A stretch of 64,000 bases of DNA, from NCBI RefSeq assembly GCF_006345805.1, contig NC_043017.1, positions 24,800,001-24,864,000 on the forward strand. Direction: 5' to 3'. This document shows positions 36,079 to 48,670 of this stretch, piece after piece. Under the pieces are notes generated by a model, which did not search any database, was not told the origin of the DNA, and worked only from the letters and a program-made list of their open reading frames with translations. Every line of letters starts with the position of its first letter. The stretch's first letter is position 1. A program made the translations under genes and the position numbers. This stretch comes from Octopus sinensis (Eukaryota).

Positions 36079-39000
36079 AATTTTACTTCTCCATCAAATT
36101 CCTCTCTTGTTCTTGTGTTCTTTGATAAAGCATGTCCTTTATTGATGTGGGAAGACACTACAGCCTCCTTTAAACAGAAAGCAACCAACACTTGAAGATA
36201 TTCCTGGCAGTGAAGCAGAGAAATTTTGCTAATGGTGCCAAGTCACAACAACAATTATGTAACACCAATTCTATCGCAGATTTATAGATGCGGGAATATA
36301 TCCATTTTGTGTAGCAACTTCCTTTACTTTGTGAAAGATGATAAATATCAATGATACATCTAAGTACTATTAAGCCAATGTTGTTTTGATATTTCTGAAA
36401 TAATAGAGAAACAGTATAAGACGTAGGGGATATTTAAAACAGATTCAACGATGGGGAATATACATTTCAATAGCGATAAAGTATAAATTTAAATATTTAC
36501 ATCCACATCTGAGGTTTTAACTTTGGTTAATCCTAGTTTATGCACCACACATAATCCCTCATAACATTTTTATATTTTGAATGTTTCCGAACAATTTTTC
36601 AAGCGTACGTTATACATACAAAACTTCATATTATTATGGAAAAAAGCAAAAAGATTGTTGTTATGGGATTCAAGTGCTATTTAGCTGTTATAATAATAAT
36701 AATGATCATCTGATACTGTTCTCGTTTCTTTATCACTGACGTACTCTTTCTCCAGAAATATTTTAAATGATCCTTTACTGAGATTTAAGCAAAAAAAATC
36801 GTACTGTCCGCATAAAAATGTTATGAGTGGTTGTGGGGTGCTTAAACCGTGAATCTGCCTACATATTTTATTAAAACATTCAAAAATATAAGGAATGGCC
36901 ATAATAGGACATTCGACTCACTAGAAAGAGCAGCCAAACTCAAACCGCTAAAAGTTGTAATTCTGAAATTGAAAGAGAAATAAAAACGTTGACTCAGGCC
37001 TGTCATGGAGAAACTGAAACAAACAAAACTCTATAGATGAGAATTTTTTGCTACCCTTATATTTATATATTTTATTAAAACTATATCGAAGAATCACATG
37101 TGAGGTCTATATATCACTGGTTATAGCAACACCATCAAATTAGTCGTTAAATAGTTGACCTGGGGGCTTTCTGTTCGGAAACTCATCCGTCATCTTTCGA
37201 TCACTGTTTGAGACAGAGCAAAAACATCGTCGCAGAGATACTAGATCCGTTATTTCTGCTAAAAATTGCACATAATTCCACCTTTTTTTTTGTGTGTGTG
37301 TTCATTAACGTTGTTTATAATTAGACACATTAAAGTTAGTATAATGTATTGTTCTATTCTCATAATAAACATGCTTTGGAATGGAAAATATATCCAAGTG
37401 AAAAGTATTTCATTTCCTTTTCAAAACATACGGAACAGAATTTTGCGATTTAACTATGCTTCAGAGTTAAGTAACAATACTTCCACTGTAAGAGAATTTG
37501 CATTACGGGAGAGAAGGGAAAAAAGGCAATTTGGGAAACTTAGAAGTTATCTGTTAAATACACACCTACGGGTACCAATATTAATTGTAAGGTACAATAA
37601 GGTATAAGTGTCATCAGAAATGATGGACTTCTTATGTTTATAACCTCTAACGTCGGAAGTAAACAATGTTTTGATTTCACTATTTCATAGCAATGCCATG
37701 CATTTATAGGTTCCTTACCATCTTCGAAATTACGCTGTAATTCTTTACGTTACACAAAATTAATGAAAATGAATAGAAAAATGATCGAATGAAGGAAGTA
37801 CATTAAGAAAAATACCTCGTATAAATCACAGCTGTTATTAAGAAGTGAGTAACGCTTGTCATATGTATTGTTATTACACATTCATTAACTGAGGAATTCC
37901 TTAACGGATTCTGACTGGCGATTGTCGATGCTAGGACTTAATTGTTGCTTTTTGAGTAAGAAGAGCCAGAGAGAAAGAAATTGCTCAGAAATAAAAGGGA
38001 GGGGAATTTTCCCTCAAGGGGAGAGAACTGCTCAGAGCTTATAATCTTTCATTATTTAACAAGGTCATTTTCTTATGAATGAGAGAGAGAGAGCATATGA
38101 AATAATATTTCCATATTGATTAATTTTGATGCTTCTCATTTTCGACGTTCGAGAACCTGCAGGTGACATTATTTCGCTCTTATTGGAGCTTATCGACATA
38201 ACGTAAGCTAGGGGCATGAATTAGTTGGTGTGTGTGCTTTTAAAACATTGGGAAACTATACAAGATGGAATTTTTCTTCTTGTGTTTTCCTTTCTGACAC
38301 CACTAAGAGCGAAGCAAATGAGTCAAGAGATAGAAAGAAAGCAATGAAATCCTCAGTCATTTAAAATTAAAATTGCATTATACAACAGTTCGATCAATAT
38401 TTTCTATGTTCTTTACTTTTAACAGTGGAGGAGAGACGAAGACGGAAAGACACTGGAAGTAATAACAGAGTTAATTACAGATACTAACGCTTGGACGCGT
38501 ACAATATATGAATATATATATGCATGCCCACACTCATGTACATACGTACCAGATTTTAAAATAAATGTGCTTTTCAGCTGTGATATTATAAAACGTCCAA
38601 ATTCGAAATCATAATATATGATAAACATATAAACAACTACCTACCTATCTGTCCTCCCTTTTTCTCAGAAATATTTGCTATTACTACAGGCTTCAAAGTT
38701 TAGCACAAGGACAGACACTTGGGGGAAGGTGCAAGTCAATTACATCAACCCCTGTGCTAAACTGGTACTTATTTTATCAACTCTGAAAGGATGAAAGACG
38801 AAGGTGACATCGGTGGAATACTGATTCAGAATGCAAAGATGAATGAAGTGCCGCTTAGCATTTTGCCAGGCATACTAGCAATTCTGCCAGCTCTCCATCC
38901 TAATAATGCTATTAATATTGCATCTATCACTCTTATAGCTCTAGCATAAATCATTTCTTGTCCCTCTACCCAAATAATCTGTATGGTAATATTGCTGAAA

Positions 39001-40434
39001 CACTTGGTTCCTTTTGGCAGTAACACAATAACCAGCATCATAATTGTATAATATTTCTCAATGAATACTATTTAAAGGCTTTCAATTTGGGGATAATAAA
39101 AACAAAAGCAATAGTTTCCTATCAACAATAGAAATGAAACTAAAGATAAAACAAATAATATAATTTTTTTGGTTTGATTTATTTGTGGAAGAATCCTGGA
39201 AAGTCTTTGACGTTTTGAGTCTACGCTCTTCACCAGAAAGGATTAAATGGAAAAGAAATGGAGGGAGAATGAAAAAAAAACGTGTCTGAGCGATTAAGTT
39301 CAGATTGACCCTGTTTGCATGTGCATTCACTGTTTGTGACCAATGGCCTCTCTGATAGAGTTGGTTTGCTTGCAGCCCACTGTGAAAGTATGTCCGTGTT
39401 TCAAAACATGCTTTGATGTGTAGCACCATTATTGTAAACAAAAGGCTCATCCATACAGTGTTGTTTGTTTCAGTTTCTCTATGACAGGCCTCAGTCAAAA
39501 TGAGTCCTTAAAACAAGAGTCAGTAAATATACACAGCTACATGTCTTGAGTACTATTCTACCATTTTAACACTGAAATGTGTGTGTTTGTGTGTATATCA
39601 TAATTATTATTTGAATGTCTACTTTTCTATGCCTGCATGGGTCAAACAATTCAGTGATGCAAATTTCCTACAGTCATATACCTTTCATGTCACCAATCCT
39701 CACCCGTTTTGAAGCAAGGTAAGACATTGCTGTGGCCAACCCAGTTCTTCATGGAAGGTTTGAAACAAATGCTATATCTTGTATCACAGGGACACTTCAC
39801 TTCCAACTACCACATAATGTCAAGACAAGGATGCATACACACACACAAAGGAGCTGGATTGCACTAGTTAGAGACTTGGAAGAGAAATACCCATATGGAC
39901 AGAAGGTTATGCATGGATATGCTAGCTACAGTTTGTGAGCAACATTGACAGGAATAATAGCCTCTCCTGGACATGCAATATATACATAACTCATCTGGAA
40001 GACTAAGCAACTGCTCACCAAGAACAGAAGATAGCAACTAAATACTTGAGTAACAAAACATGTGTGACTCTAAACATACACATTTGACTCTAAGAGTCAA
40101 CACTGTAACAGAAAATGATGATTATGCTATGCCAGTGTTGAACATGTCATGCATATCTTCAGTGGAAGTACAAAAATCAATAACATCACCAGTTGTTATA
40201 CAAAACATTGTTAGAATACCCTTATCACATTGTTATAGCATATTTTTTGTGTCTACAGATGTCGCTGTGATACGGCTTGTATTTCAATTTCCTGCTTGTG
40301 AATTGTTTAGTCATTGCCTAAAGAAATTAATTTACCACAAATATCAAGTTGATACTACTGATCTTCTATGTGAATAGGTTTGAGGTATGTTCCAGAGAAG
40401 TAGTAGCGAAAAAAAAAATCTCTCTGTAATACAT

Positions 40435-41004
<570 letters not shown>

Positions 41005-41344
41005 TTAATTAAAGACACTCACGCTTGAATGCTTTGTGCATAAGTAGCAGATTTTAAAATAAAATTAAAACAAACTTGCTTTTCAGCTATTTCAATGTGA
41101 AATACCTTTTTATTTTTGCATAATACAGAGGATATCATATACAGATATTATATATAATGATAAAGAAGGCGAGCAGGCAACCTCGTTACTACTCCGGATG
41201 AAATGCTTCATGGCATCACTTCTAACTTTATGCTCCGAGTTGAATTTCTGAATTTCACACACACACACACACACACATATTTAATTATATATATTTTTTC
41301 CCTTTTATTTATATGTATGTATGTATATATATATATATATATCT

Positions 41345-41607
41345 AGATGCCAGTGCCGACTCCACTGGCACATAAAATACACCAATCCGACCGTGGCCGT
41401 TGCCAGCCTCGCCTGGCACCTGTGCAGGTGGCACGTAAAAAGCACCCACTACACTCACGGAGTGGTTGGCGTTAGGAAGGGCATCCAGCTGTAGAAACAT
41501 TGCCAGATAAGACCGGAGCCTGGTGCAGCCTTCTGGCTTCCCAGATCCCCGGTCGAACCGTCCAACCCATGCTAGCATGGAGAACGGACGTTAAACGATG
41601 ATAATGA
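41345..41607 (+). mobile_element. SINE family D
   Basis: Family consensus with a gat tail. Confidence 0.8.
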
Positions 41608-42947
41608 TATATATATATAGATCTAAAATTAAATAATGAGGGTAGAAATTGATATTAATCAATTAAAACCAGTGGCTTAGCATATTTTTCAAAAATCCGA
41701 AGATTAAAAGTTGTGTTTTGTAAGCGACAGACTACGCTGACGATCTTGCAGATATTTACATACATAAATATTAACAAGTGAAACCATGGTACGTAGGTAA
41801 TCGGTTTTTATTTCATATATTTTCATTTGTCTTGCTCATTTTTACATTTTGGCATTCTGCTGAAATTTTTTTATTGAGAACACACTCTTCGTGGTAATGG
41901 CGATTTGACGTCTATATTTAGCACATTAAGAGTCCACTTTCGTGGTCATTCCTCTTAATTTTATATGTAATATATATATATAAAGATCTATCTATTTGTC
42001 TACATAATAGATATCTCTCTCTCTCTCTCTATATATATATATACACACACACAAAGGAGCTGGACAATACCTTTTGGACACTTGGAAGAGAAATAACCAT
42101 CATTTGGGCAGAAAGTTATGCGTGAATACACTCTAGAGAATGCCAGCAACATGGAAAGGAATAGAAACCTCTCCTAGACATGCAATATATACATCATGTC
42201 TCATCTAGAAGTCTAAGCAGCTGCTCCACAAGGACAGGAGACAGCAACTAAATACTTGATTAACAAAACATATGACTCTAAACCTCCACACTGTCACAGT
42301 ATATCTTATGGCACACCAGTGTCGATGACATCGCCCATCAGTTGAAGTGCAAAAATTAGTAACATCACCAGTCATCATCATTTAAAGTGCATTTTCCATG
42401 CTGGCAAGGGTTAAATGGTTTGGCAGGACCTCACCAGCTGAAAGGCTGTTCAGGCTGCATTTGTCTGTTTTGGCATGGTTTCCACACCTGGTTGCCATCC
42501 ACTTTACAGAGTGTCCTGGGTACCCTTATGCAGCACCAGCACAGGTGTCTTTTGCATGGCACTAGCGCTTACAAACCAGCAAGATTAGGAATACTCAGCC
42601 GGAGAGGATTGTAAGTGACAAGACTGTATGCAAGGGCAACCAAGCTTTTACTTAGCTTTATGTCTTTCCAAACAGCAAATTGCAAGAGTCTCGGCCCCCT
42701 GTCATCCCTTATCTCTTTTGTGTCTACAGATGTTACTGTGATATGGTTTGTCTTTCATTTTAATGGCTGTGTCTTGTTTAGTCATTGCCTAAAGAAATTA
42801 GTTTATCAAGTTGACATGACCTCTTCTGTTTCAAGAGGTATTCAGAGGAGCAGCCAAAAAATATATCTGTGATATGGTCACTCCTGTGTATAAAGACGAC
42901 TGTGTCAAGTCAATTGAAAATTTCTAGAGAATGATTCACCTCAAATA

Positions 42948-44147
42948 TCAAAGAAACAACTTCTCTGCTCTATGGACATATTTGTGTCGAGATAAGTTCC
43001 TTCGTTGAGAGAACGATTCTCCACAGAGAACACAGTGATATGGTTTTTCACTTGTATGAGTACGTTTGTGTAGATTTAAGCTTGTATTCCTGGAGAATGA
43101 CTGACCACAGATATTACACTGATATGGCTTTTCTCCTGTATGGATACGCATATGTATAAGTAAGGCACTATTTCTTGAGAAACATTTACCACAGATATCA
43201 CAGTGATATGGTTTTTCTCCTGTATGAACACGCTTATGCTTAGTTAAATCACTACCTTTAGCGAAAGATTTACCACAGATATCACAGGGAAACGGTTTTT
43301 CTCCTGTATGAACTCGTTTATGGTGAATTAAGGTACTACCATCAGAAAATGATTTACCACAGATATCACAGTGATACGGTTTCTCTCCTGTATGAACACG
43401 CTTATGTTTAATTAAATCACTACTTTGAGAGCAAGTTTTACCACAGATATCACAGTGATATGGTTTTTCACCTGTATGAATCCGTATGTGCTTATTCAAG
43501 TCAACATTTTGACTGAATGATTTACCACAGGTATTACAGCTATAGGGTTTTTCTCCTGTATGAACATATATGTGTCTCCTTAATTTACTTTTATCCTTAA
43601 ATGATTTACCACAAATCTCACAGTGAAATGGTCTCTCACCTGAATGGACACCTCTGTGAGTACTTAAGGATGACATGTGAGAGAATGATTTACCGCAGAT
43701 ATCACAATGGTATGGTCTCTCTCCTGTATGAATACGTCTGTGACTTGTTAACATACCATTTGTAGTGAGTGATTTACCACAGATATCACATTGATATGGT
43801 TTCTCCCCTGTATGAAAACGTTTGTGATTATTTAAGTGACCAATCTGAGAGTAAGATTTACCACAAATATCACAATGGTATGGCTTATCTCCTGTATGAA
43901 TACGTTTGTGAGTAATTAAGGAACTACTTTTAGAAAATGATTTACCACAGATATCACAATGATATAGTTTCTCTCTGGTATGAAAAAATTTGTGATCAGT
44001 TAGGCGACTTTTCTGAGAGAACGACTTTTTACAGACATCACAGGAGTACAATCTTTTTTTTCTCTCATTCTGAATCTCATCAGGAAAATCAAGTCTGTCA
44101 CACTTTGTTTTAATTTCAATTGATTCCTCACAGAATTCATTTTCCAT
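42948..44147 (-). CDS. C2H2 zinc-finger protein F, 399 aa, 13 fingers
   Basis: Open ORF lacking only the last ancestral finger. Acceptor at 44507, uORF MDISLHL* at 44395-44418, exon-1 donor at 46410. Confidence 0.9.
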   Translation of the reverse strand: MENEFCEESIEIKTKCDRLDFPDEIQNERKKRLYSCDVCKKSFSQKSRLTDHKFFHTREKLYHCDICGKSFSKSSSLITHKRIHTGDKPYHCDICGKSYSQIGHLNNHKRFHTGEKPYQCDICGKSLTTNGMLTSHRRIHTGERPYHCDICGKSFSHMSSLSTHRGVHSGERPFHCEICGKSFKDKSKLRRHIYVHTGEKPYSCNTCGKSFSQNVDLNKHIRIHTGEKPYHCDICGKTCSQSSDLIKHKRVHTGEKPYHCDICGKSFSDGSTLIHHKRVHTGEKPFPCDICGKSFAKGSDLTKHKRVHTGEKPYHCDICGKCFSRNSALLIHMRIHTGEKPYQCNICGQSFSRNTSLNLHKRTHTSEKPYHCVLCGESFSQRRNLSRHKYVHRAEKLFL

Positions 44148-45050
44148 AATTATTCTTCTCTGTCAACTTTCGTCTCTTGTTCTTGTACTCTTTGAAGTAT
44201 TTCTACGACTATATCTCCATAAAGCGTGACCTTCGTTGATGTTTGAAGATACTGCAACTTCCGTTATAAATATGTCCAAGTTTAAAATGGAAAGCAACCA
44301 ACTCTTGAAGATGTTCCAGGCAATGAAATATGAAAATTTTGCTAATGGTCTGAGGTCACAACAACAATTATGTCACACCAATTCTATCGCAGATTTATAG
44401 ATGCAGGGATATATCCATTTTGTGTAACAACTTCCTTTACTTTGTGAAAGATGATAAATATCAATGATACATCTAAGTACTATTTAGCCAATGTCATTTT
44501 GATATTTCTGAAATAATAGAGAAACAGTATGAGATACAGGGTATGTTTAAAAGTAGATTCAACGTTGGGAAATATATTACATTTGAACAGAGATAAAGTG
44601 TAAATATAAACATTTATGTCAACATATGAGCTGTAAAAAATGAGGGTGGAATTCTGGTTTAAGAGCCCTATGTAACCCCTTATACTTTGGAATCCTCAGA
44701 AAATTTTTGTAAATTTGTGTTCAATACAGGAGAATTATTGAAAAACAAAGCAACAAATTCTGTTTGTGGGATTGAAGGGCTATTTAGCTGTTATTTTTAG
44801 CACATCTTATGACCACCTGATACCTTTATCATTTCTTTTTTCACTGACGTATAGGTGTTTACTAATATCTTTCTCCGCATAAACATATTTAATGGTCCGT
44901 TGCCAAGATGTAACCAAAAACTTTGTACTGTCCGCATTTCAGATTCTGATTTCGAAAAATTCGAAAGTTTAAAAAACATTTTGTTTATAAATTTGAAAAA
45001 AATTTTTCATATTTTTAATAACTGTATGAATTCTTGTGTGTAGAATACAG

Positions 45051-45539
45051 GGCGGAGGTAATGATCATGGACAGCACCCCCTTTGGGACTTTTTGGGGGT
45101 TTTACTTTTACATGAACACACTACATCGAGGGCAGAGATTCTGAATTTGCAAAAAAATCTGCATTTCAAAATTTAAATCCCCCACCTTCCCTAAATTTCT
45201 TAAATTTTCACTTTCTTAAAAAAAGTTTTTGGGTGATATACATATGCAAGAAATTAATGACCAAATATCTTACAAACTATAGAATTTTCTCAATAAAGCC
45301 AAGAGAAAATGATGTTTTATAAACACATTCTACCAGTATACGAAGTTTAAATTTTTTTAGTTACCTAGAAATTATGTTACAAACTGCCGTTCAAACCGAA
45401 AAGATCCGATTTAAATTTTGGAATGCAGATTTTCTTTTTGCAGATTCGGAATGTCCACTCTCGATATAGTGTGTTCATGTGGAAATAACCCCACCTCTAA
45501 ATCCCAAAGGATGTGCAATCTATGACCTTTACCTCCGCC
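45051..45539. mobile_element. MITE with ~130-bp imperfect TIRs, holding a GGATC-family right end
   Basis: Ends are GGCGGAGGTAA and TTACCTCCGCC, with an 8-bp TSD GAATACAG. The nested end aactgccgttcaaaccgaaaagatcc lies at about 45408. Confidence 0.85.
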
Positions 45540-46681
45540 GAATACAGGAAAGTGGTTTGAAAATTTGGGAGAAATAAGAAAAATTACGCGAGATTTTACG
45601 GGGGACTTAAAACCACAATTCCACCAACATTTGTTATTAAGATTACGTAAGAATCACACGTGAAGTTTATATATATAACTAGCTACAGCAACACTATTAT
45701 ATTATTTGTTAAACTATTAAATAGTGGACATGGGGCTTTCTGTTCAGAAATTCATGCGTAATTGAGACAGAGCAAAAAAATTCGTTGCTGACATACTAGA
45801 TCAGTTATTTCTCTTTAAAATTACACGTTATTCCACCTTTATTTCTTTTCTTTAAGGTTGTTTATAATTAAACACATTTAAGTTAGTATAATGTATTGTT
45901 CTATTCTCGTAATACACATGCTTTGGAATGGAAAATATTTCCTCATAGTATAAAGTATTTGGAAAACCTTTCCTTGTAGTATAAAGTATTTAATTTCCTT
46001 TTCAAAACATACGGAACAAAATTTTGCGATGTAACAATGTTAAAGAGTTAATTAATAATACTTCCACGGTAAAAGAATGTGCATTACGGGAGAGAAAAAA
46101 TACAATTTAGGAAACTTAGAAGTTATTAGTTAAATACAGACGTAGGGATAATAATATTAATTAATATTAATTGTAAAGTACAATAAGGTATAAGTGTCAT
46201 CAGAAATGATGGACTTCTTATGTTTGTAACCTCTACAATTTAACATTGGAAGTAAACTTTGATTTCACTATTTCATAACAATGCCATGCATTTATAGGTT
46301 CCTTACCATCTTCGAAATTACGCTGCAATTCTTTACGTTACACAAAATTCATATTAATGAAAATGAATAGAAAAAACGATCGAATAAAGGAAGTACATTA
46401 AGAAAAATACCTCTTATTACCTGTAATTAAGAAGTGAGTAACGCTCGTCATATGTATTGTTACTACATACTCATTCACTGAAGAATTCCTAAGCGGATTC
46501 TGACTGGCGATTGTCGATGCTAGGACTTAATAGTTGCTTTTTGAGTAAGAAGAGCCAGAGAGAAAGAATTTGCTCAGAAATAAAAGGGAGGGGAATTTTT
46601 CCTCGAGGGGAGAGAACTGCTCAGAGCTTATAATCTTTTACGCTTCTTAACCTCTTCTGTGTATTATCAGTTACCAAGGTA

Positions 46682-47170
46682 AGGCGGCGAACTGGCAGAC
46701 ACGTTAGCACGTCGGGCGAAATGTTTAGCGGTATTTCGTCTGCCGGTACGTTCTGAGTTCTAATTCCGCCGAGGTCGAGTTTGCCTTTCATCCTTTCGGG
46801 GTCGATAAATTAAGTGCCAGTTACGCACTGGGGTCGATGTAATCAACTTAATACCTATGTCTGTTCTTGTTTGTCCCCTCTATGTTTAGCCCCTTATGGG
46901 TAATAAAGAAATAGGTATTTCGTCTGCTGTTACGTTCTGAGTTCAAATTCCGCCGAGGTCGACTTTGCCTTTCATCCTTTTGGGGTCGATTAAATAAGTA
47001 CCAGTTACGCACTGGGGTCGATATATTCGACTTAATCCGTTTATCTGAACTTGTTTGTCCTCTCTTGTGGGTAGTAAAGAAATAGGTATTTCGTCTGCCG
47101 CTACGTTGTGAGTTCAAATTCCGCCGAGGTCGACTTTGCCTTTCATCCTTTCGAGATCAATAAATTAAGT
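46682..47170 (+). mobile_element. SINE A multimer (one full copy plus two 5'-truncated tandem copies)
   Basis: Copies restart at ggtatttcgtctgc near 46914 and 47085. Confidence 0.85.
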
Positions 47171-47332
47171 CCCATTTAAGGCGATGTTACGGTATAAAGT
47201 ACCGGTATTAATTTTACATTAAACAAAAATTCATTTATCCTAGAAAAGAAGGCATGCGTTGCATATAATACACACACAGATGAATGAACCCCATTCAGAT
47301 GTCAACAATACAGCCTCCACTATTATTGGTAA

Positions 47333-47352
47333 TGCGCATGTACAACCGGATG
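47333..47352 (+). promoter_or_regulatory. Candidate promoter motif of ZNF-H; exon-1 donor at 47520|47521
   Basis: TGCGCATGTACAACCGGATG. The donor reads tttatacgag|gtattttttc. Confidence 0.55.
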
Positions 47353-48670
47353 TCTAATCTAATATTGGCAATGGAATGTCTGCTAAACAATTTCGGCAGA
47401 AATCGTAATTTACTGACAGACAAGTACTCATGTTTATACAGTGCATTGTAGGACACATATGTGTTTACTAACAACGTAGATCACTATCAATGACTAAATA
47501 ATTACTGTGATTTATACGAGGTATTTTTTCTTAATGTTCTTTTCATTCATTCTTTTTCTTTTTTGTTTTCATTCATTCATGTTATCATTTCTGAAGAATT
47601 GCCGGCGTAATTTCGATGAGGCAACAAAAGTCGTTGGGTGGGCGGGATTTACACATTTGTAGTTATACCGATTCTTATATATTATTGTATCTTACAATTA
47701 ATATATTTTTGTCCTAGGTCTGTATTTAATTAATAACTTCTAAGTTACCTAAATTGTTTTTTTCTTCTTCCGTAATACACAGTCTTAAACATTGTTACAT
47801 TGCATAATTCTGTTCCCTATGTTTTGAGAAGGAAATACAATACTGTTTACTACGAGAAAATAGTTTCCATTCCAAAACATGCATTACGAATATAGACCAG
47901 TACATTATACTAACTTAAATGTGTTTAATTATAAACAGTATTAAATAAAAATGAAGATGGAATAACGTGTAATATTTAAGAGAAATAATGGATCATGTAT
48001 ATCTGCAACAATGTTGGGTAAATTTATAGTTTCACATTAGATTCAATGTTCTGCTCAGTCAGAATTGATCTAGGGTCAAACAGTAATCGATCGCCGATGA
48101 ATGATCGGTTAATATATAGTTTAACACCCAGTCACCAAAACAAAAAGAACCCATCTAATAGGTGTAAAAAAAATTTAATATTCATTTTCTACACTTTTTT
48201 TTACACCTATTTGTGTTTGTCCCCCTAGCATTGCTTGACAACCGATGCTGGTGTGTTTATGTCCCCGTCACTTAGCGGTTCGGCAAAAGAGACCGATAGA
48301 ATAAGTACTGGGCTTACAAAGAATAAGTCCCGGGGTCGAGTTGCTCGACTAAATGCAGTGCTCCAGCATAGCCGCAGTCAAATGACTGAAGCAAGTAAAA
48401 GGGTAAAGAGAGTAAATGTTTATATTTACAGTTTACCAATATTGAAATGTAGTGAATTTTCCATCATTGAATCTACTTTTAAGTATCTCCTGTATCTTAT
48501 ACTGTTTCTCTATTATTTCAGAAAAATATCAGATAACATTGGTATAAAAGTATTTCTTCAGATGCATCATCAATATTTATCATCTTTCAAAGGAAGTTGT
48601 TACACAGGATGAATATAATCCTGTTTATAAATTTGTGATGGAATTAGTGTGAAATGTTGTGACCTGAGAC

